Below, piece by piece: positions 11,285 to 22,413 of a stretch of 64,000 nt of DNA. The notes under the pieces are model-generated. The model was not told where the DNA came from and made no database searches. It was given only the letters and a program-made list of their open reading frames with translations. The stretch comes from Zygnema circumcarinatum SAG 698-1b (Eukaryota; Plantae; Zygnematophyceae): NCBI GenBank assembly GCA_037447605.1, contig CM074819.1:1572297-1636296 (forward strand), written 5' to 3'. How positions within the stretch are numbered: the stretch's first letter is position 1; each line of letters starts with the position of its first letter. The position numbers were made by a program, and so were the translations under genes.

Positions 11285-13725
11285 GGTCTGCTTTCAAGCG
11301 CTCCTTGATACCCTAGTTTTACCTTCATTTAGGCAGAAAATTGAAGGGGTACAAATTGGGTATGGGAGATGTCTCTCCTCCTGTAGAGCTACTTGTGGGG
11401 TTCAAAAGCCTCGAAGTTCAGGCCCAGAATTAGGGTTCAGGAAATGCGGCTCCCCATATTTAGACGCACGAGGAAGGTCAGTCCCCAAGAGGCGGAATTT
11501 GTTCTCCTTTGTGATTTATGTGTTGGGAATATTTATCCCGTTAAAGTCGATCCGTAAGGTGGTTTAAGATTTAATCGTCCCAAGAATAAAACGCAGATAA
11601 AAGTCGAAATTGGTACTGGACAAACTCGGAAGCAGTACCGATGTTGCTCGATTTGTGTCAATAAGGAGATGCTTGTTCGGAGGGAGGATGCCTCCCTGAT
11701 TTGGCTGCCTTGAATTTTGGTCCACACAATTTATTTGTAGATAGGGGTCTCTTTTTATATTTTAGAAATTTGGCATCTTTGAGACAAAGAGAGAGGCTCT
11801 CTTTTGATCGTTAGTATTGCGCCTTCTTGGAAATTTCTGAGCTATGTGTATCGGGATGCTTGGGACTGTTATGACTCTAAAAACCCCAAAATCGTAACGT
11901 ACGGGGATTTGGAAACACGACTCTATATATACAATAGCTTTTCCCTTTTCCATTTTCATATAACCTAAATCTTGAAAACTTGAGTTTCTGTAATAGTTAT
12001 CATGCCTTACTCGTGAACACCATGATTCGGCCATGGCTTTGGTCCCATGGCTGTCGAGATTTCCGGTTTACCCTCGCCGCCCGGTTGAATGCCTTCCTCC
12101 CTCCGCCCATCGCTCCCTCGAGTTGCACTGCACTGCATGGCCCCAGAAGCCCCCCTCAGGGATTTTTGTCGACAACAGATTTCCATCAATAGGCCATAGG
12201 ACATGTGGTGATATGGGGCATGCTCTGGCTTTTACCAAGATCGAATTGAAAAGGAGAGAAAATGGTATTAGTCTCACGATGACGATGATGCAATCAAATG
12301 TACATGGACGAAATCATCATGGGAAACCACGAGGAACTGGGCGCAAAGGACCTGAAAAGAAAAGGTTTCTTAGTTGGAAGGATTTCTTAGGGTGCGTTTC
12401 CATGGTTCAACTCCATTCAACTGGTTGAATGAAAAAGCTGGAAACTGATGAGGCGGACAGTACTCGAACCTCCGAAACGAGTTTAACGATCTTTGATACT
12501 GGAACTGCCACGTGGCAATCGATTATTGGCCGCGCGAAATATTCCCGTTCGCCGCATGGCGGAATGCGACTGGACGGCGGACGTGCGCGACGGACAATAC
12601 GTGACGTGACAGGACGTGACGAGGCCTGACATGACGTGACGGAAGTCACGGAAGACAACTGACCGATCGAAACGGAGAGGACCGTCGGTTAGCCCTCGGT
12701 GGAATGATGACGGACGTTTAAGGCGAATGACGTCATCCAGGGAGTCGAGTACAGGTACCAACCGTTGGCTCGGATCTAGCCAGCCATTGGATTCAACGGT
12801 TGCCCGCCATTGCCCTGACCATGGTCTGCCTGTCACGCTCACCGAAAACGACAAACCATTCGTACGATATGTACGAGCTGTACAGTCTGTCAACGTGCAG
12901 CATGCCAACCGTCGCCCCCAAAAGACAAAACAGTTGGGTAGCCGTACATCTTTTCATTGCGTCAAGTTGTCCAATCAGATGACGCCACGTGTTGAGTTTT
13001 GGTTGGTCAGTTTTTGTTGGAAAGGTGCACAGCTGTTTATGCCAGCTGCCAACCCATGTATTGAGGAGTTAAAATAGATCTTACAGCATTGCAAAAGGCT
13101 GAGTGCTTTCGCCGCATAGTCAAAGCACTAACTCCAAAAACTGCACTGACAATAGATGAACGTACTCCTTGGGCGCTTCCGACCGTTGCGCCTGCTGCCG
13201 CTGCCTCTGCCGCGGCCACGTGGCAGCCTCTTGTCGTTGTCTTTGCGTTTTCCTGTCGCGTGTCTTGCTGCATTGCTCTGTTTTTGTTGTTTGTGCTTCT
13301 TTTCGTTTTTTGTTTTTTGTTTTTGGTTGTTTTGCTGCTGTTTTGCTGCGGTTTTTTCTGTTCTAACGTTTCTCGCCTTGTTTTCTGACATTTTCTGCCG
13401 TAGCTTGTCTTGCTGTGTTGCGTTTTCCCTTTTGTCTCCCCCTTTGCGTCTCTTCGTCCTTGTGCTTCTTCTTTTTGAGCTGCTCTCGCCTTTTATGCCC
13501 TTTCCACCCTTTTTCTGCTGTTTTTCTCCTTCCTTTCCCTTCTCCCTTCCCGTCGCCTCCCTGGTCCCTTCCCTTCCCTTCCTTTCCTTATTCCTCCACC
13601 TCTGTTTCCCTATCCCTTCCCTTCCAATCCCTTCCTTTGTCCTGCNNNNNNNNNNCCGCTCCTAGCTTCGTTTTATTGTGTTTCGGTCCTTTGTGACCAG
13701 TCCTTCGTGGTTCCACATTTTGCCT

Positions 13726-14217
13726 TTATCCATGTAAATTTGATGGCGAGGCCATCGCGAGTTCAATGAAAGTTTGCGTTTTTGCTCCTTGGGCTAACCT
13801 ATATAAAGACATCTCTATCTGCCTACGTATTTCAAGGCGACTGTTTGGAATTGTAAGGAAAGCTGCAGGAAGATTTGTTTTTAACTCTTCACCCAACTCA
13901 TCAGTCAACATAGAGACAAGTTCCTTAGAAAGTCTAAACTTTTCTGTATATTGTTCACTTGTTATGTCCTCGATCAAAAATAACGAAAAATGCGTAGACC
14001 GATGTAGAATGTAGTACATTCCTACAGTACGCATGCTAATACGTCTGCGACGGACATTCCATAAATACTTTCCAAACTGGACAAGTGATTGCCGCTTGCG
14101 TGAGCTCCTTTGCATAAATACTTCAAGTAATAATATATTTAACATTGTGGCATTTGCTTCTTCATTGACCAGCATGTTCAAGAGCCCAAAAAACAACACG
14201 AGGGCTCTTCGATCCAT
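13726..14217 (-). mobile_element. PIF/Harbinger-type transposase N-terminal (HTH) remnant, truncated before the DDE domain
   Basis: KFRLSKELVSMLTDELGEEL...EIRRQIEMSLYRLAQGA matches the Harbinger/HARBI1 pattern FRMS...L...L...Q(V/I)A(I/M)xLYRLAxG. The frame stops soon after and no DDE triad is seen; there is an N gap at 13646. Confidence 0.65.
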
Positions 14218-14589
14218 ACTGTTGCCGGAGAAAAATATTGGGAAGGAGAGAGTATAAAGAGAAGTGCTACAAAAAAATGCGTTTAAATAGGGGGTGAGAT
14301 AGAGATCGCGATGCTGCAAAGAGCAGTGATTCAGAGGGAGAAATGAGTGTTGCTAATACTACCAAACCTGGGAGAAGACGACGCAGAAAGGGAACGGAAG
14401 CCTCCGGCCGTGGAATTGCGAGGCAAACGCCGCGAATGGCGTTGCTGCGGGAAGGAGGGAAGATTAGGGGAGGGGAGGTGGCGGCTGTGGTGGCGGCGGC
14501 CGTCGCCTCCTGCAAACCCTAAAAAACTATCGGCGGCGACGCGCGTACGGTAACCGCGGTGGGCCACGGCGGACGCTTCAAATCGTGCA

Positions 14590-14608
14590 CGTGGCGATCG
14601 CTGATTGG
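14590..14608. promoter_or_regulatory. ERSE-type composite element (CCAAT-N9-CCACG) in the divergent promoter upstream of GT43; further exact copies at 3455, 12511, 12971, 42378 and 60189
   Basis: CGTGG-CGATCGCTG-ATTGG: exact spacing of the ERSE-I consensus, with a G-box core. Function is untested. Confidence 0.55.
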
Positions 14609-15630
14609 AAAACGGCGTTGTGATGGAACTCGTCGTTTTATCTGCAAAACGGCGTCCTACGTGGCACGTAACGAGCTTGTTACGGTCCACGTAGGATGTC
14701 GTTTTCAGATGGAACGACGAGTTCCATCAGAACGCCGTTGGCCAGCGTGGCAGTCGTACGCTTGCGGATCTTTGATAGCCACGTGGCGGCACGCGAATGG
14801 TCGTAATGGCGTTACACCACCTCCGGAGCAGCATCCTGTGGAACGGTGCTCGTTACCACGTGGCAGCCACGTCGGCGCCACGTTGGCGGAAACGGCCTCA
14901 TGGAACCCATGGGTCGTCGTCCATTACGACGCCACGTCGGAATAACGGGCTGATGGAACCCCACCCTTAAATAGGCCAATGCGCGTTTGAAACGTGGTCT
15001 CATCCTGCACTGACGAGTGGCTGGGCGCTGTCAATTTTTGACATCTACTGTCAAAAAACACAGATCGGAAGACGTACCTTACGTTTGAAACAGTGGTACT
15101 GTACAGTACAATATTCTATACTTCTTGTATCTGCACTATACGGATTTCATAAAACAAAATTCTGTAGCGCAATAATGCCACCTTCGCCCGCGGAGGATAT
15201 GTCCAATCGACCGTACACAACCCACATTCAAATTCAGTACAGTAACGACAAACAAATTCCTTGACCGCATCTTACAGCCCGTACAGAAACGACAGAAGTC
15301 ATTGACTTAGTTTTGTCGGGACTGGACGGAACATCGAGCGGCGCGAAGCGACTTTCCTCTTGCTGCTGCAAACGCTCTGGGTCCGCTTCGAAGCCATGAC
15401 GGCCGGCAGGCTCTGAACCTTGGAGGCTCGCTGGCGCGTCAAGGATTCAGGGTTTTGGAGCCCCTATTGCATTCAAAGCTCTTGGACCTTGAAACCTTCA
15501 AGCTCTATTGAACCTTTCAGGATTTGGACCTTTCAATGTTTTTCCCTGTCAATGCCTTGAAGCTTTAGGGTTCCTGAACTGTGCAGGGAGGCGGGCTCGC
15601 CTCCCTCCCCCCCCCCTCCCCTCCCCCGCC

Positions 15631-18583
15631 ATGAAGCACCACGTGGCCCTTGCAAGCCCCCTGCCTGCTTCAAGCCGCGTCGTGAGCCTCTCCTCAAGCC
15701 GCGCCCTCTCTGCGCGGCTTCAGTTTCCGCTCCTCTGTTACAACCTCGTCATCCTCCTCCTTCTCTGCACCATCCTCTTTCTCCTTCTTTACGGGAACCC
15801 TCCCGCTCTCACGCCCTGCAGCCTCCACCTCCATTCCTTCAATGCAGATGGGAGACTGAAAGCAGGAGAGCAGAAGTCCTCTCCCCTTGCAGCCTCTCCC
15901 TGTCTATCTGCCTCTCCCTTCATGAGGTCCTTAGATACGTCTTCTTCCTCTCCTCCCACTACCTCCGACCAGCCCTGCTCTTGCCCTCCCTCTCCTCCTG
16001 CAGTCTCCCTCCCTGCAGCAGACTGCCCAAAAATCGCGGCTGAAAAAGGAGGAGGAGGAAGAGAAGAAGAAGAAGAAGGTGAAGGCTCTGAGAAGCGGCT
16101 GATCCTCATCACTCCGACGTACTTTAGGGCGACGCAGAGAGTTCACATGTTGCGAGTTACGACGCTTTTGCGTCACATACCGCCGCCGTTGCTATGGATA
16201 GTCGTAGAAATGCCGAGCAGGGTAAGCCTCTGCCTTCATGCAGGAAATCTTTGGCAAGTTTTCCATCATTTGTGATAGTATTTTGAAACGAACGAGCTTG
16301 GATATGGCGTAAGCAGTTCTCACTGGTTTGGAAACAAAACGCCATTTTCTGCTCTGTTTATTCCTCCCTGCTGCATTCGAACGAATCGGAAAATGTGAAA
16401 GAGAAGGAAAGTAGAAGAAAAGTAACATCCTTTAGATATCATCCCTAATTTTCTTTATTTCTTTATTTTTATTTTTTAAATCTTGCGACAGACGACAGAG
16501 ACTCACAGATTGCTTCAGCGGCTCGCGAAGCGCTGCATCCGAGTAGGGCGGTTAAAAAAGTGCCAAACAATCGAATTTGTGCATATCTCAACAAAGAAGG
16601 TCAGTTCGAACTCCCCTCTCAACTCCATCACTAGGTTTGTTGTTTAGACAAGTACACTACAATGTGACCAAAAATGTGCTATTTTACAGCAGCTGAAGCA
16701 ACTGAAACAAAAAGTTTGGCTTTTCTATTTTTGTAAATGTCGGTGTTGTTGCTGCATTAGGTTCAACATTTAAGCCGCGGAGTGGAGCAACGGAATGCGG
16801 CACTAAGATACATTCAAAGACATAAGATAAAGGGACTCGTCTACTTCATGGATGATGACAATGCCTACGATCCTATGGTACGCTTCTCTTAAGTCAGTCC
16901 CAAGCAAAGCCCTCTTCCTTACTTTCTTGACAAAATGCTTCCGATCAATGCTGACGGGCTCTCTTCTTAACTCGAGCATTACTGCGACATTTCTGCATGA
17001 TATTGCCCACTACTTTGGAATTCAATAAACAAACTCTCAATGAGTAGATGATACCTGCATACATGCATGCATGCATGGCTCGAGGAATGATGCCCTTGCC
17101 CATTGGGCCGCTTTATTCTTCCGTCAGTTGTTTGAGGAATTGCGGAAGACGCAGCGTATTGGAATCCTCCCGGTCGGGTTCATGTGGAATGTGGATTACA
17201 TTCGCAACAACCCCCAGAAGCAGATGGAGCCTGCAATAGAACGTCCCTTGGTTACCCGCATGAAGAATGGGAAGTACAGAGTCTTTGGATGGGACAGCTT
17301 TGAGTGGTCGATCGGTAAGCCCTATAACGTCAAACGAAAGTACCACATTGATATGGCGGGCTTCACCTTCGAGTGAGTATCGCTGCCCTTTTGCTGCAAG
17401 AAAAAAGACGGGGCAGAGAAGGAAAGATCTTTCATTTCCTTCTTTCTTATCGTTCGTTCATCAATGTTATTCAACAAGCACCCTCAAGTTTTTTTGATCT
17501 TAGATGCTATATCTCCTTTCCCTCCTGATAGATACAGAGGTGAGGAGTGAATCTATTTGCAGTATACACCAACGGCATCTGCACCTTAATAAATTGATCT
17601 TTCGAAGCACATTATATGACAAACACGCAGGAGGCATTCTTATCGTTGAAACCGTGATGTTCTCATGACAAAGTGCTTCTCTGGAGGTTGGAAAGATTTT
17701 GAACTCAGAAATTTAAGCCTTTGTTTCCTTTTTGCGGGCACTGTGAATTCTGTGTCAATAGCTCCGAGTTAATGTGGACTCCTACTGACAATAAGACTGG
17801 GCGTCCCGTGCACCCTGTGCTCTTCACACCTTCCGTAACGTAAGGATCTATCTCTTTGTCCCCGCCTCCTCTCTCTCTCGCTCCCCTTCCCTCTCCCTCT
17901 CTCTCTCTTTCTGCCCCTCCCTCTCCTCTCTCTTTCTCTGCATTCCCATCCTCTTCCGTCTCCCTGTAATCCTCATCTCGCTTCCACCCTCCTCTAACCG
18001 TCCTTGCCACCCTTCTTCCGTCCCTCTTCCCCAATTGGCTTCCCCTTCCAATTTTTTCTTTCGGCATTTTTCTCACTTCCTTCCCTCCATTGAATCATAA
18101 CTGTACTGTATTTGCTCCTTTCTCTCCCTCTCTCCCCCTCTAATCCCATCCTTCTTCTTCTCTCCCCCTCCCCCCTCCCCCTTCCCCCCTCCCTCTCTCT
18201 CTCCCTCTCTCGCTGTCTATTCTCGAGAGCATGGGCTGATTACTCGAGCCAATTATCTCTCTTGCAGGTCCACTGAAAGTCAGTTTCTGGAGCGGCTTGT
18301 AGAGAGGCCCGAAGACTTTGAGCTGCTTGCGGACAACTGCCAGGACGTCTATGTGTGGCACATTCAGTTTGAGACAAACAACACTCTTTACTTTCCCCAC
18401 GACTGGAGGATTTCACAAGTGGATAATCACAACTTTGTTTTGGACCGCCGTGCTGTTTACAAAATTTCGCGGTATGTAAATAACCATCGGCTCCGCATGA
18501 AGCTGAAGGGGTTCAATTTGACCATACCCTTTGGGTATGAGACGGGGATTGAAACCAATACATATCCTTTCAGCGAACATTAG
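15631..18583 (+). CDS. Glycosyltransferase family 43 (IRX9L/GlcAT-like), type II membrane protein
   Basis: N-terminal TM helix ([16 protein letters not shown]), LILITPTY...[17 protein letters not shown]...[13 protein letters not shown] (16761 exon), IDMAGF (17350), ESQFLERLV...[12 protein letters not shown] (18270 exon). TAG at 18583. Confidence 0.92.
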
Positions 18584-19817
18584 GTTACTGATTATAATAT
18601 TATATTCTAAGATAAGAGTTTCCCTTCCACCCTCCCTCTTTTCCTCCTCACTCCTTCCGTCTCCCTCCCGCTTCATCCTTCTACATCCCTCCCTCTCCCT
18701 ACCTTCCTCCTCTCATACTCCCCCTTCCTCCCCCTCCCTCATCCTCCCTTTCCATCCCTCCCTCCCAAAAGTCACTTGTTTCCACGTGGGGGGTTGCTCA
18801 TTCGCTAATGCGAAAAAAGTAACGTCCCAACTCTCCTCGGGTCGAAGTTAACTGCCCTTCCTCCTGAGGACCCCTTTTGTAAAGCATCGAGAACTCGTTG
18901 TGTCTGCAATCGCAAATGAATTTTGAGGGTGCGGTTTCATGTTCCAATTTTCATTGTCGGTTTGAATCTCCGGAGGTTAAAAAGATTCAGGCTGAAAGTT
19001 TTCAACCTCCGAAACAAATTTTAGCTGTAGGAGGGGCACCGTTGCAACTAACTACCTGGCATCTTGCGAAGCCGCAAAAAGTGCTTGCAAGATTACTGTG
19101 TGAGGGCAGACAGAAACCTTTCCCAAGCGAAGTAACGAGCGCAGTATGCAGGTGTGGCAGCGTTTGGTTTGACTTTTAAGATTTGATCTGCCTACCCCAC
19201 ATTTTCACATTCGGGTACAAACGAAAGGCCCAAATTCTGAGAGTTATCCGATGACCTTTGGTTCCAAATACTTTCGAACATAAAGAGAATGAAAGTGAGA
19301 AAGCGCTTTTGGAAGAGCCTCTGACTCATAGGTATCGTAAAGGCAAACACCTCTCCATGGCTCCATTGACAACGCACAGGTGCCCATGGCACACGGCCAG
19401 ACACCTCAAATTAAAAAAACAACTCAAACCCTAAAACCTGGATTCTAACCTCCCCGATGTGGCTCCAAAAAATAAGCAGAAGTGCGGTTCAGTCACTCAA
19501 CCCTTCTATTTTCTCCCTCTCCTTGCTCTTCGCTCCATAACGTATGCAAACGTTTTCCTCCCCTATCGCTCCATAACGTATGCAAACGTTTTCCTCCCCT
19601 ACGGTGGGGATGGAGAGCGGGGGAGGGAGAGAGGGAGAGAGAGGACGAGAGGGAGGGAAAGAGAGCGGGGGAGGGAGGGAGGGAGAGAGAGGATGACAGG
19701 GAGGGAAAGAGAGTGAGCGGGGGGGGGAAACATTAAGAGCTAAATAAAGTACTATCATCATTATATAGTTTGACACTCCACCTACTGTTTAAATCTGTTC
19801 AAAAAGTTCCTCTATCC

Positions 19818-21912
19818 TCACAAGCGATGAATGGTCTCCATGTCCACTGCCTCCGCAAGCGTTCCATTCTCCATTCGGTCCCACCACTCAAAGAGGAAGC
19901 GGTCGACCACAAGCCGAAACCACGGAGAGAGCTTCACTCCCTCCTCCCCGGCCTCCGCTTTCCTCACAAGCTCCCTCAGCTCCTCCCGGGTTACATAGCG
20001 CACGTCCGCCACCTCATCAGGGTTTGGGGCCACCTCTACATCCTTCTTGAGAAAAAGGAGGTAGTCGACTGCAGGGAGATATATGTTCAAGTTAATGAAT
20101 AATTATTAAATGTATAAATAGAAAACAGCTTCACAGACATTCAGAATTGTAAGACACATGTTGCGAGCTTCACATTTTTAAGCTCATACAGCGTAGGTTT
20201 AAGTTAGCTTGGCTGACCTTGATTCTTGAGGGATGAAGAGAGGAGAGGGAGAGGGAGAGGGAGAGGGAGATTAAGCGGTACAGGGAGGAGAGGGAGAAGG
20301 AGAGGGAGAGAGAGGGAGAGGGAGAGAACCTTCATGCTCTCCCCATTTGCCATTTGAAGGCGCCTTGTATTGAATTCTGCCCAAGCAGGTGAAGTCTTCA
20401 ATGGGAGCATCCTCCGCCTTGATTCCAAGTTCATCAAAAAGTTTCCGCTGCCCGGCAGTCTTTACACCTGAAAAAAACACCAAACAAAAAAAAAAGTTAG
20501 AAAACCCTACGAGCTTTGTATTAAAGCCTAAGCAAAACCAACAACTCGCAGATCAGTGCACACAAAAAGTAAACGCAAACCCAAATTAGAAAGAAATGTC
20601 AGTTTGCAATGACTTAAGTTTTCCGAAGGTTTGAAAAGTCGTCAGGAAACGAAAATCCCCATGTGTATAACTCACACTTGAGACCGGGAAATGAGAAGAG
20701 AAAAAGGAAAGAAGAGGGAGGAGGATAGAGAGAGGAGAAGGGAGTCGGAGTAGAGTGAGTGGAAAGACGAGAGAGGAGCAGAGGGCGAGAGAGGGAGAGG
20801 AGCAGATTGAGAGAGTGGGAAAAAGCAAGAGAGGGGAGGGGAGCTGAAAGAAAGCAAATTACCGAGCTGATTTTCTGTAACCATTTCTGACTCCCGGAAG
20901 AGAGGGTGACTGCAGCAAGCATTGGTCCAAACAAGCGGAAATGTGACCTTTGTTGCCGACCTTTTCTGCAGAAGAAAATTGAAAAAAAAAGGTGTATCGT
21001 AAGGTTGTGCGGATTTAGAGATTTTAAGGGATGGAGATAAGCCACAGAATCTCAGAAGAAAGGCGTTTTCAAAGCGATGAGTTTCTTTGCGATTGAGGGT
21101 TTTTTGAAAGAATAAAGGTTTGAGAGACCTGTAGAAGGAGTTGATCTTTGCTGTTGAAGAGGAAGATGCTGAACGCTCGATGCAGCAAGTTTTCCTTTTC
21201 AATCTTCTCCATCAAATGGCCTGAAATTTAGGCACCACCGTCACCTTCACAATTCAAATTTCATCAAGGAAGAAAACGAAAAAGAGCGCAAAAGGACTGG
21301 GTTTGCATTCGTACAATTGTATTTGGAGTCGTGCCCGATCACTTGGTCGTTTTCGTCTACAACTATACACCTGCAATACACGTCTGAGTGACCGAATTTA
21401 TAGAAGTAAATAACCAAAAACATGAGCTCCCTAAGGAAAAGGGTTTGCTTCAAAACATGAAAACTCTTTACTTCAAACCTACGAACATTTTCATTCCCAG
21501 AAAGGCGGCATTTTCACAACAAAAGCAGCACATTATCATTCACAGAGAGAGCAAGCTGCGACCCTTACTCATCCTCATACATAAGCTTCCTCTGAACAGG
21601 ATCCATGGCTTCCGCCTCCGCCATTTTGCTCAAAGAGGCTCTCGCAACCGGGGGGGTCTCTCTCTCCCTCCCCCCTCTTCCCACTCTCCCTCCCTCTCCC
21701 TGCAGGCCCTCCCTCACACCACCTCGTAAAAAGAAGCCCCTTTCAGCAAAGCCAGACCCACTGACGAAGCTCCCACCAAACCCTAAAACTGAACTGCCTG
21801 CATGGAACCCTCTCCCAAACGTTCCTGGGGAAGAAACGAGATACCGAAATTTGGGTTTTACGCAGAGGGAGAGGGATCGCGAGAGGGAGAGAGAGAGAGA
21901 GCGCGCAGCCAT
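19818..21912 (-). CDS. IDI1: Isopentenyl-diphosphate delta-isomerase type I (Nudix fold), 6 exons, with N-terminal extension
   Basis: MDPVQRKLMYEDE / CIVVDENDQVIGHDSKYNC / HLMEKIEKENLLHRAFSIFLFN / RSATKVTFPLVWTNACCSHPL / QRKLFDELGI...WGEHE / DYLLF...NPDEVADVRYV...LSPWFRLVVD...IHRL*. Confidence 0.96.
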
Positions 21913-22413
21913 GGCTGAGGGAGAGAGAGGGAGGAGGAGGAGGCCATGGAAGCAGCCGCCATGGACTGCGAGAGCTCAGGAGAGCTTCCTGCTAGAAGCC
22001 AGAAACTGTACGAACCGTACTTGTCGTACGAATATGTGTCTTGTACGAATATGTTCATATATACGGTTATGTTTTACTCGTACAATTACGGTACATACTG
22101 TACAAATACCGTACTGTATGAGTGATCTATGTACGAAATCAGAACTGGAAATACAGAAACATGTGACGTCAAACGGAGCACGCGATGACGTGGAGTAGCG
22201 TGATACGTCCACGTGGCAGGCGGCGCGGGGATGAGCTGTAGAAGGTTCTGAACCCATCGGGCTCTCTGTGGCCCCTCTTTTTACAGAGAGGGAGGGGAGA
22301 GAGAGAGAGAGCTGGAGAAAAGTGGGAGGTGGGAGAGGGAGGGAGTGGGGGGAGAGAGAGGGAGAGAGAGAGAGGCAAGAGAGGGAGAGGGAGAGGAGTG
22401 AAGGAGCGCAGCC
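21913..22413. promoter_or_regulatory. Compact bidirectional promoter between head-to-head IDI and LYAR
   Basis: The ATGs are about 500 bp apart. The interval has a G-box (CCACGTGG, ~22209), TGACGTCA (~22164) and a GTAC cluster. Confidence 0.6.

Noticed and set aside
13089-13665. Hydrophobic multi-TM ORFs on +
   Set aside because: Low-complexity T/C-rich sequence, the antisense of a K/Q-rich tract; no family motif.
15059-15069. Second copy of the CACAGATCGGA-TIR MITE
   Set aside because: Only one terminus was found; no partner TIR or TSD is visible.
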